DNA of 4,849 nucleotides from a virus (Duplodnaviria; Heunggongvirae; Uroviricota; Caudoviricetes): IMG/VR virus record IMGVR_UViG_2778261389_000001, positions 1 to 4,849 of that record; one strand, 5' to 3'. Shown piece by piece: positions 1 to 4,849 of this stretch (position 1 is its first letter; each line of letters starts with the position of its first letter). The notes under the pieces were generated by a model. It saw only the letters and a program-made list of their open reading frames with translations, ran no database searches and was not told where the DNA came from. The position numbers and the translations under genes were made by a program.

Positions 1-132
1 GTCCATTTCCGCGCAGACGATGACGTCACTGCCCGGCTGTATGCGCGAGGTTACCGACTGCGGCCTGAGTTTTTTAAATGGCGGAAAATCGTGTTGAGGC
101 CAACGCCCATAATGCGGGCGGTTGCCCGGCAT
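1..132 (-). CDS. insB: IS1 InsB' (5' portion only, about 44 codons; rest lies beyond the window start); normally expressed as the InsAB' fusion
   Basis: Minus-strand translation from ATG at 130-132 running to position 1 ends ...[20 protein letters not shown], which matches the InsB N-terminus as recalled; frame is -1 relative to insA. Confidence 0.85.
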   Translation of the reverse strand, partial: MPGNRPHYGRWPQHDFPPFKKLRPQSVTSRIQPGSDVIVCAEMD

Positions 133-326
133 CCAACGCCATTCATGGCCATATCAATGATTTTCTGGTGCGTACCGGGTTGAGAAGCGGTGTAAGTGAA
201 CTGCAGTTGCCATGTTTTACGGCAGTGAGAGCAGAGATAGCGCTGATGTCCGGCGGTGCTTTTGCCGTTACGCACCACCCCGTCAGTAGCTGAACAGGAG
301 GGACAGCTGATAGAAACAGAAGCCAC
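51..326 (-). CDS. insA: IS1 transposase regulator InsA (91 aa), GTG start
   Basis: Track ORF translation [43 protein letters not shown]... matches IS1 InsA as recalled; starts with GTG at 324-326 (minus) as in canonical IS1. Confidence 0.95.
   Translation of the reverse strand: MASVSISCPSCSATDGVVRNGKSTAGHQRYLCSHCRKTWQLQFTYTASQPGTHQKIIDMAMNGVGCRATARIMGVGLNTIFRHLKNSGRSR
70..79 (-). other. IS1 programmed -1 ribosomal frameshift site (TTTAAAAAAC, A6C motif) for the InsAB' transposase
   Basis: Plus strand 70-79 GTTTTTTAAA is the reverse complement of TTTAAAAAAC, located near the end of insA where the insB' frame overlaps, as in canonical IS1. Confidence 0.8.
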
Positions 327-358
327 TGGAGCACCTCAAAAACACCATCATACACTAA

Positions 359-381
359 ATCAGTAAGTTGGCAGCATCACC
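359..381 (-). repeat. IS1 left terminal inverted repeat (IRL); IS1/host junction at 381/382
   Basis: Sequence identity to the recalled IS1 terminus GGTGATGCTGCCAACTTACTGAT on the minus strand; the 9 bp flanking host sequence 382-390 (GACAGTCCG) is the candidate target-site duplication, but the other end is not in the window. Confidence 0.8.
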
Positions 382-560
382 GACAGTCCGTTGCAACTTA
401 CCATTTTGACCGGAACGTCATTAAACCGAAGAAACTGAAGCCTCCTGGATAAAAGGGAATAATCGCGAGGCCAAACTTCCGCTTCCCGTCCGTATGTGAT
501 GTCATTAACCATTAAACATTACCTACAATTAAATCATTACGATAAACAAAATTTATATAT

Positions 561-583
561 AAAAAAACCCCACCGAAGCGGGG
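561..583 (-). terminator. Rho-independent terminator of the flagellin gene
   Basis: On the minus strand, 20 nt after the fliC stop: CCCCGC (583-578) / UUCG loop / GUGGGG (573-568), a 6-bp GC-rich stem with one G-U pair, followed by a run of 7 U (567-561). Confidence 0.75.
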
Positions 584-602
584 TTGTTCAAGGTGATGCG
601 AA

Positions 603-2228
603 TTAACGCAACAGAGACAGAACGCTCTGAGTCGTCTGGTTAGCCTGTGCCAGTACAGAAGTACCTGCCTGCTGCAGGATCTGCGCGCGGGACATGTTGG
701 AAACTTCGGTCGCGTAGTCAGCATCTTCGATACGGCTACGAGCAGAAGTCAGGTTGCCCACTGTGTTGCCTAGGTTAGTGATAGCAGAATCGAAACGGTT
801 CTGTACCGCACCCAGGGAGCTACGCAGTTTGTCAACTTTAGCCAGAGCTTCATCCAGTTTAGCCAGCGGGTTGGCAGTAGACAATGCTTTCAGGTCAGAC
901 GACTCAATAGCGTCTCCTTTAGAAGCACTCGCACCAGTAATGTTTGCCACGAATGTTTTATTACCATCGCGGAAAATAGCTTGCGCTTCACCATTTTTGT
1001 TTACTGCCCATTCAGCTGCTTTGCCGTCTGCATCCTTGATTACACTGGTGTTGCCAGTGCCTGTATCAACGTTTACTGCGAGATATTTGCCATCCGCAGT
1101 TTTAGCTACGAATTTACCATCTACGGCTTTGCCTTCTTTATCCTGAACCTGATGAATTTCTAAGTTCTTACCTTCGTGGTAAACAGAAAGCGGAGCATCA
1201 TTATAAGCGAGTTTGCTTCCTGCTTTATTTGTTGCCACATCAACTGAAACAGCGTTGTTATTGCCATCTACAGCAAATGCAGTTACGCGCCCACCAAATT
1301 TTGCAAGCTGAACAGGAGCAGTAATAGTACCTGTGCCAGCGACATCACTAACTTTTGTCTCAACTTTTTTATATCCCAATCCGTCTTGTTGCAGAAGGGT
1401 ATAATTTGCCGTTGCACTATTTTCTGCCTGCGCAACAAAATGGGTCTGACCATCAACTTCGATCTTATAAACTTTTGCAGCGGTAGCCCCACCAAGTTCA
1501 GTTGTGGTATCGCCTGTATCCACTGCGGCTGAACCAAAGTAAGTTGTAATACTACCGTTGGTTGTGTTTTTGAAATTGGCACCAAAAGCTGCACCTGCAG
1601 GCGCTCCGGTTACAGCACCGTCATTGCCATTTACATTGGTCAAACCAGGGGTTGCCTGGCTCTTTAATGCAACAGCAGAAGACATAGGTACTTTACCTGG
1701 AGCCACGCTGAAGCTACTCAGACCTAAGGTCGAAGCATCAATTTTATCGAGTTGAATTTCAATAGTTTCGCCATCGTTAGCACCAACCTGAATTTTCATG
1801 GTTTGGTCAGATGCCAGGACTTTTACGCCGTTAAATTGGGTCTGCTGAGAAACGCGATCAATTTCGCTCAGGCGTTGGGTGATTTCATCCTGAATGGAGT
1901 TCAGGTCAGAATCAGAGTTGGTGCCGTTGGTTGCCTGAACAGCCAGCTCACGTACACGCTGCAGGTTGTTGTTAATTTCAGACAGCGCGCCTTCGGTGGT
2001 CTGTACAACAGAAATACCGTCGTTGGCGTTACGGGAAGCCTGGGTCAGGCCTTTGATGTTGGAGGTGAAGCGGTTAGCAATCGCCTGACCAGCAGCATCG
2101 TCTTTCGCGCTGTTGATACGCAGACCGGAAGACAGACGCTCAATAGCGGAGCTCAGAGAAGACTGAGATTTGTTCAGGTTGTTCTGGGTCAACAGCGACA
2201 GGCTGTTTGTATTGATAACTTGTGCCAT
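603..2228 (-). CDS. fliC: Flagellin (FliC family, 541 aa); the track ORF 603-2294 over-extends by 22 codons upstream of the true start
   Basis: Translation begins [54 protein letters not shown] and ends ...[36 protein letters not shown], the conserved flagellin termini; AAGGA ribosome-binding site 9 nt upstream of the ATG at 2226-2228; the central ~270 aa are the divergent surface-exposed domain. Locus identity (canonical fliC versus an alternative flagellin locus) cannot be decided from this window. Confidence 0.95.
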   Translation of the reverse strand: MAQVINTNSLSLLTQNNLNKSQSSLSSAIERLSSGLRINSAKDDAAGQAIANRFTSNIKGLTQASRNANDGISVVQTTEGALSEINNNLQRVRELAVQATNGTNSDSDLNSIQDEITQRLSEIDRVSQQTQFNGVKVLASDQTMKIQVGANDGETIEIQLDKIDASTLGLSSFSVAPGKVPMSSAVALKSQATPGLTNVNGNDGAVTGAPAGAAFGANFKNTTNGSITTYFGSAAVDTGDTTTELGGATAAKVYKIEVDGQTHFVAQAENSATANYTLLQQDGLGYKKVETKVSDVAGTGTITAPVQLAKFGGRVTAFAVDGNNNAVSVDVATNKAGSKLAYNDAPLSVYHEGKNLEIHQVQDKEGKAVDGKFVAKTADGKYLAVNVDTGTGNTSVIKDADGKAAEWAVNKNGEAQAIFRDGNKTFVANITGASASKGDAIESSDLKALSTANPLAKLDEALAKVDKLRSSLGAVQNRFDSAITNLGNTVGNLTSARSRIEDADYATEVSNMSRAQILQQAGTSVLAQANQTTQSVLSLLR

Positions 2229-2277
2229 AAAATATTCCTTTTGGGTTATTACGCCAGGCTTGCCTGTGTCATTCAAG

Positions 2278-2304
2278 TTATCGTCATCAATCAATTAAAC
2301 TTTA
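2278..2304 (-). promoter_or_regulatory. Sigma-28 (FliA) class 3 promoter of the flagellin gene
   Basis: Minus strand reads TAAAGTTT - 11 nt - GACGATAA, against the consensus TAAAGTTT-N11-GCCGATAA (8/8 and 7/8, exact spacing); predicted 5' UTR about 45-50 nt. Confidence 0.8.
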
Positions 2305-2509
2305 CTATTTTTTTTAATCTCAACAACCAACTGTTTCCAAAAGAACTTAAACAAAACCCACTCTTAAATCAGGTGGATTACTTCTTTTTTTTGCTCCTTT
2401 TGCGAGGGCATCGTTCTTAAAAAATGCAAAATACATACGACACAGAAACTGTCACTCTCCGTAATCACTCGAAATTAATTTCCTTGCTAAGAATTTTTCC
2501 ACTCAGCAC

Positions 2510-2536
2510 TAAATTAGTCATTGTTAATGCCGATAC
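2510..2536 (+). promoter_or_regulatory. Candidate orphan sigma-28-type promoter pointing away from fliC (possible remnant of a fliD-type promoter)
   Basis: Plus strand TAAATTAG - 11 nt - GCCGATAC; the -10 element matches 7/8, the -35 element 5/8, spacing exact. No CDS follows; a terminator lies about 45 nt downstream. Confidence 0.4.
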
Positions 2537-2581
2537 TCAATTCGCCCATAATAAATTTGAACACAAAATAAGCATGTTATT

Positions 2582-2609
2582 GCCCGCCCGTGCGGGCTTT
2601 TTTGTTTTT
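2582..2609 (+). terminator. Intrinsic terminator hairpin (GCCCGC-CCGT-GCGGGC) followed by TTTTTTGTTTTT; may also stop the convergent minus-strand operon
   Basis: Perfect 6-bp GC stem with 4-nt loop at 2582-2597 followed by a T-tract on the plus strand; it sits only 17 nt past the stop of the minus-strand UmuD'-like gene, where the minus-strand downstream sequence is only moderately U-rich. Confidence 0.7.
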
Positions 2610-2613
2610 GCCG

Positions 2614-3003
2614 TCACATGACAGGACAGTCATCAAACTCCCCTAGCCTCGCATCATTAATAATGTAGGTGATCACCCCGAATACCGGGAGCGAAGTGCC
2701 GTATCCTTCCTTTTCGGCTGGTATCGCTTCCCTTCTCCCGTTCTCCAGGTTTATCAGGTGCGGTTCCGGGTGAGTTCGATATCGCTTGATCCTGAATTCC
2801 CCGTCTATCGCACATATCAGCAGCGAGCCATCGCAGGCAGTGAGTGACGCATCCACAACAAGCAGCGCACCCTGCAGTATCCCTTCCCTGAAATGTGAAC
2901 GCGATGCGCGCATGAAATAAGTCGCAGCTGGCTGGCTAATTAGCTGCTGATCGAGGGAAATCTTTGTTTCAACGTAATCACTGGCAGGTGACGGGAAGCC
3001 CAT
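2614..3003 (-). CDS. UmuD'-like S24 peptidase-fold protein (129 aa) encoded without the cleavable N-terminal arm
   Basis: Starts MGFPSPASDYVE..., aligning with UmuD residues from Gly25 (GFPSPAADYVE) and with MucA; conserved ATYF, LLVVD, SLTA, IDGEF-IK blocks; the catalytic-loop motif reads ASRSHF instead of ASGDSM; GGGGGA ribosome-binding site 9 nt upstream; the ATG lies 2 nt after the upstream gene's TAG stop. The longer track ORF starting at 3102 is rejected. Confidence 0.85.
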   Translation of the reverse strand: MGFPSPASDYVETKISLDQQLISQPAATYFMRASRSHFREGILQGALLVVDASLTACDGSLLICAIDGEFRIKRYRTHPEPHLINLENGRREAIPAEKEGYGTSLPVFGVITYIINDARLGEFDDCPVM

Positions 3004-3005
3004 GG

Positions 3006-3248
3006 CTATAGTCCCCCATTTGGATTGAACAGCTGAAAGGTACGGTTTTCGCCTTCCTGCGTTGATACATCGCGGAATGTTGTCACATACCACTCGATCC
3101 ATTCGTTGGCCTGCTTCATCGTCCAGTTCCAGTTAACCTTGCTCAGTTCCTGGACAAACCGCTGTGTGGTGACAGTCTGCCGGCCATTCGGTTCCTGCCG
3201 TATCGAAGCATACCAGGCCATTTCAATATCGCTGCGTCGTGGCATCAT
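3006..3248 (-). CDS. Small Trp-rich protein of unknown function (80 aa), first gene of the LexA-box operon, translationally coupled to the UmuD'-like gene
   Basis: ATGATG start at 3243-3248 preceded by a GAGAGGG ribosome-binding site; the track ORF 3006-3317 begins 23 codons further upstream, inside the promoter and LexA box. No family recognised by eye; its size and position before a UmuD homolog recall impC of plasmid impCAB operons (unverified). Confidence 0.65.
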   Translation of the reverse strand: MMPRRSDIEMAWYASIRQEPNGRQTVTTQRFVQELSKVNWNWTMKQANEWIEWYVTTFRDVSTQEGENRTFQLFNPNGGL

Positions 3249-3259
3249 TACGCCCTCTC

Positions 3260-3288
3260 TTGAATACCGGATAAAAACACAGTATAAA
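3260..3288 (+). promoter_or_regulatory. Sigma-70 promoter for the dinI-like gene (TTGAAT - 17 bp - TATAAA)
   Basis: -35 TTGAAT at 3260-3265, 17-bp spacer, -10 TATAAA at 3283-3288; GAGG ribosome-binding site at 3311-3314; ATG at 3324. Confidence 0.5.
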
Positions 3289-3308
3289 TACTGTATATCC
3301 ATCCAGTA
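3289..3308. promoter_or_regulatory. LexA (SOS) box-like palindrome shared by divergent promoters
   Basis: TACTGTATATCCATCCAGTA matches about 17/20 of the consensus TACTGTATATATATACAGTA, with the CTGT-N8-CCAG variant form that I recall for the E. coli dinI box; it overlaps the -10/+1 region of the plus-strand promoter and the -35/-10 spacer of the minus-strand promoter. Confidence 0.65.
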
Positions 3309-3323
3309 AAGAGGCAATGCGCA

Positions 3324-3566
3324 ATGTTCGTGGAACTCGTTTATGACAAAAGGAATTTTGATGGACTGCCCGGTGCAAAAGATATCATTCCGGGCGAGTT
3401 AACTAAGAGGGTTCACCGGATTTTCCCCGATGCTGATGTTCGGGTTAAACCGATGATGACACTGCCGGCGATCAACACTGACGCCAGCAAGCACGAGAAG
3501 GAACGGATCAGTGCAGTAGTCCAGGAAATGTTTGAAGAGGCTGAATTTTGGTTAGTGAGTGAGTAA
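3324..3566 (+). CDS. dinI: DinI-family protein (80 aa)
   Basis: Aligns with E. coli DinI as recalled along its length: GELTKRVHRIFPD versus GELSRRIQYAFPD, and KHEKERISAVVQEMFEEAEFWLVSE versus KEDKQRISEILQETWESADDWFVSE, including the ...VSE terminus. DinI-like genes are common prophage cargo. Confidence 0.9.
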   Translation: MFVELVYDKRNFDGLPGAKDIIPGELTKRVHRIFPDADVRVKPMMTLPAINTDASKHEKERISAVVQEMFEEAEFWLVSE

Positions 3567-3577
3567 AGTTTTTCAAT

Positions 3578-3624
3578 ATCCGCCACTGTTACGTTTTGAT
3601 TACGCTGTGGCGGATTTTTATTTT
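3578..3624 (+). terminator. Intrinsic terminator after the dinI-like gene
   Basis: Perfect 9-bp inverted repeat ATCCGCCAC (3578-3586) / GTGGCGGAT (3607-3615) with a 20-nt loop, followed by TTTTTATTTT (3616-3625). Confidence 0.65.
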
Positions 3625-3636
3625 CGTAAACGTTCC

Positions 3637-3816
3637 TTAAGTGCCAGCAATAGCTGTACTTTCACAAACAGGAATAAACTGGCATCGGATAACACCTGTC
3701 GTGATAACATCTATATGACCATGTGGTTCATTTAATTCATAAAGCAGAAAATAACCATCATTGACTCTTAAAATGGGTTCAATAACAACCCCCTGTGTTA
3801 TTGGATTCCTCGCCAT
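3637..3816 (-). CDS. Hypothetical small ORF (59 aa from the ATG; the track gives 60 aa from a GTG at 3819); possibly non-coding or a gene remnant
   Basis: Open frame only; weak ribosome-binding site; no recognisable family; lies between two terminators in the spacer between the tail-fiber operon and the dinI-like gene. Confidence 0.2.
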   Translation of the reverse strand: MARNPITQGVVIEPILRVNDGYFLLYELNEPHGHIDVITTGVIRCQFIPVCESTAIAGT

Positions 3817-3919
3817 CACGCCATATTCGAACGCGATAATGCTTTATTCTATTTCCCATTCTCACTCAATTAGAAAAGAAACCTGTAGAGACAACCGCCC
3901 TTTCTGAATGGAAAATACC

Positions 3920-3954
3920 GGGTTTTGCTGATGCGCGTTGATACAGCAAAACCC
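3920..3954 (-). terminator. Hairpin downstream of the tail fiber assembly gene (candidate terminator of the tail-fiber operon)
   Basis: Perfect 11-bp inverted repeat GGGTTTTGCTG (3920-3930) / CAGCAAAACCC (3944-3954) with a 13-nt loop, 8 nt after the tfa stop; the minus-strand tail GGUAUUUUCC is only moderately U-rich. Confidence 0.45.
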
Positions 3955-3961
3955 GTATGGC

Positions 3962-4405
3962 CTACACCTCCAGGGGAACAGGCCAGTTAATATCTGGAGC
4001 GCTGGAAGTGTCTATCGCTTCCAGCGCGTCGAGATAATCCAGCCAGGCGTTGTACTGTACCTTTTCGGCGTCTTTCAACCGCCCCATAGCAGCTTTTCCC
4101 GGCCATTGTTTACCGTTCATATAATCATTTGCTGCATCAATGCGGTTCTGTTTTTCTATAACAGCTTGAGCAACAATTTCCTCCTGGGTGGGAGGCGGCA
4201 TATCTACCCAGCCCGGGTGTCCATCAACCGTATCAATATACTGACCCGGCGGAACAGGGAACAGGCTGTTATACTCCGCGTCCGTTACGTCCACGCCGTC
4301 ATCCGGCCACTGTCCCGCGGCTACGAGCCTTTCTTTTTCTACCACAGGATAAAAACCCGATGTCTTCGGGCTCCACACATAAGCTGCTTCCACTTTTGTT
4401 CCCAT
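3962..4405 (-). CDS. tfa: Phage tail fiber assembly protein (Tfa family, 147 aa from the ATG)
   Basis: C-terminal region ...YNAWLDYLDALEAIDTSSAPDINWPVPLEV resembles the conserved Tfa C-terminus (...VDTSTAPDIEWP... in E. coli prophage Tfa proteins as recalled); ATG at 4403-4405 with a GGAG ribosome-binding site; the ATG lies 2 nt after the TGA stop of the upstream tail fiber gene. The track start at 4411 is a TTG two codons earlier. Confidence 0.8.
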   Translation of the reverse strand: MGTKVEAAYVWSPKTSGFYPVVEKERLVAAGQWPDDGVDVTDAEYNSLFPVPPGQYIDTVDGHPGWVDMPPPTQEEIVAQAVIEKQNRIDAANDYMNGKQWPGKAAMGRLKDAEKVQYNAWLDYLDALEAIDTSSAPDINWPVPLEV

Positions 4406-4407
4406 TC

Positions 4408-4849
4408 TCAAGACACTCCAATAGCGATCCAGTCAACGTTAAATCCACCTTGTCCGCCCTGCCACAATCCAAATCTTGTCGTGGTTTTTGATTGCGCTCC
4501 AATAGCAATATCTGCTGAAGCCTGAGCGGCAGAACCATTTTGAGATGTACCAATGTCATTCCAGGTGCAAACGACCCTGAAATCCGCAGATGAAAATGCG
4601 CGTGGCAGAGTAACATATTGATTATTAATACCCTGGGCCATACCTGCATTACCACGTTGGAATGTTGTTCCATCAGGGAAGCGTACCCAGCCAGCACCGC
4701 TTGTAAAAGCTGACATATCCGGAACCTGTCCGGGGCCAGTCCCCACGTTCTTTTTCGAAGCTGTTCCCAAACCAAGGTTTGTGAGAGCCGTAGAAATCGC
4801 CGCTGCACCATCTGATTTGATATCGGCAAATGGGTTTGCACGGCTCAGT
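4408..4849 (-). CDS. Phage tail fiber protein, C-terminal 147 codons (5' end lies beyond the window end)
   Basis: The frame is open from the window edge to the TGA at 4408-4410: LSRANPFADIKSDGAAAISTALTNLGLG...GFNVDWIAIGVS; Gly/Ser/Thr-rich fiber-like composition, located directly upstream of and coupled to tfa. The track's internal TTG start at 4770 is an artefact; the overlapping track ORF 4299-4841 is an alternate frame. Confidence 0.7.
   Translation of the reverse strand, partial: LSRANPFADIKSDGAAAISTALTNLGLGTASKKNVGTGPGQVPDMSAFTSGAGWVRFPDGTTFQRGNAGMAQGINNQYVTLPRAFSSADFRVVCTWNDIGTSQNGSAAQASADIAIGAQSKTTTRFGLWQGGQGGFNVDWIAIGVS

Larger units (their letters stand above)
1..381 (-). mobile_element. 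IS1 insertion sequence, left ~381 bp (IRL to mid-insB'); element continues beyond the window start
   Basis: Reverse complement of 359-381 reads GGTGATGCTGCCAACTTACTGAT, the IS1 left terminal repeat; insA protein and the insB' N-terminus are both present in the correct IS1 arrangement; the element runs to position 1, so it is cut by the window, not necessarily truncated. Confidence 0.95.

Noticed and set aside
78-355. Track ORFs 78-293 (+) and 143-355 (-) inside IS1
   Set aside because: They overlap insA in antisense or alternate frames; the known IS1 coding organisation (insA, insB') fully explains this segment.
2229-2294. The 22-codon N-terminal extension of the flagellin ORF (track start at 2294)
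   Set aside because: Flagellins begin at the conserved MAQVINTN; the ATG at 2226-2228 has an AAGGA ribosome-binding site, and the extension would run through the sigma-28 promoter itself.
2318-2345. Possible hix-type invertase crossover site upstream of the flagellin gene
   Set aside because: Only one half-site-like match (TCAACAACC versus TCAAAAACC); the second half does not form the required inverted repeat, and no invertase gene is present in the window.
512-2420. Track ORFs 512-724 (-), 754-1146 (+), 981-1163 (+), 1283-1594 (-), 1558-1755 (+) and 1752-2420 (+) overlapping the flagellin gene
   Set aside because: All are alternate-frame or antisense ORFs within or across the well-supported flagellin CDS and its promoter/terminator, with no ribosome-binding sites or recognisable products.
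2424-2621. Track ORF of 65 aa on the plus strand
   Set aside because: No ribosome-binding site; it reads straight through the candidate promoter and the terminator hairpin; low-complexity translation.
3004-3102. Longer 162-aa form of the UmuD'-like ORF starting at 3102
   Set aside because: The extension overlaps the upstream 80-aa gene by about 97 nt in another frame and has no homology to UmuD N-terminal arms; the internal ATG at 3001-3003 has a good ribosome-binding site and stop-start coupling.
3279-3294. Second palindrome ACAGTATAAATACTGT as an independent LexA box
   Set aside because: Its half-sites are in ACAG-N8-CTGT order, the inverse of the LexA consensus CTGT-N8-ACAG; it more likely reflects the -10 element overlapping the real box at 3289-3308.
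3106-3309. Track ORF of 67 aa on the plus strand
   Set aside because: Antisense to the 80-aa gene and running into the LexA box and promoter; no support.
3938-4841. Track ORFs 3938-4525 (+) and 4299-4841 (-)
   Set aside because: Alternate-frame or antisense overlaps of the tfa and tail fiber genes; the Arg/Leu/Gln-rich translations are typical of off-frame reading.
1-4849. CRISPR arrays, tRNA or rRNA genes
   Set aside because: No direct-repeat/spacer periodicity and no cloverleaf-like or rRNA-like conserved segments were noticed on either strand.

Overview
Mosaic, accessory-type window, most likely from an Escherichia/Shigella-like enterobacterium (IS1 is present). From left to right it holds: (1) the left ~381 bp of an IS1 element on the minus strand (insA, the A6C frameshift site, the start of insB'), running off the window start; (2) a complete flagellin gene (fliC family, 541 aa, minus strand) with its own sigma-28 promoter and an intrinsic terminator, but with neither fliD upstream nor fliA downstream; (3) a compact SOS-type module: one LexA-box-like palindrome between divergent promoters, driving a DinI-family gene on the plus strand and, on the minus strand, a translationally coupled pair encoding an 80-aa unknown protein and a UmuD'-like protein that lacks the cleavable N-terminal arm and has a non-canonical catalytic motif; (4) the end of a phage tail-fiber operon (tail fiber C-terminus plus tail fiber assembly protein, minus strand). 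No rRNA, tRNA or CRISPR array was seen. The two things most worth follow-up are the flagellin gene's displaced context (between an IS1 and prophage DNA) and the LexA-controlled DinI / UmuD'-like module with no umuC partner. All calls are from reading the sequence and recalled family sequences; no database search was run.
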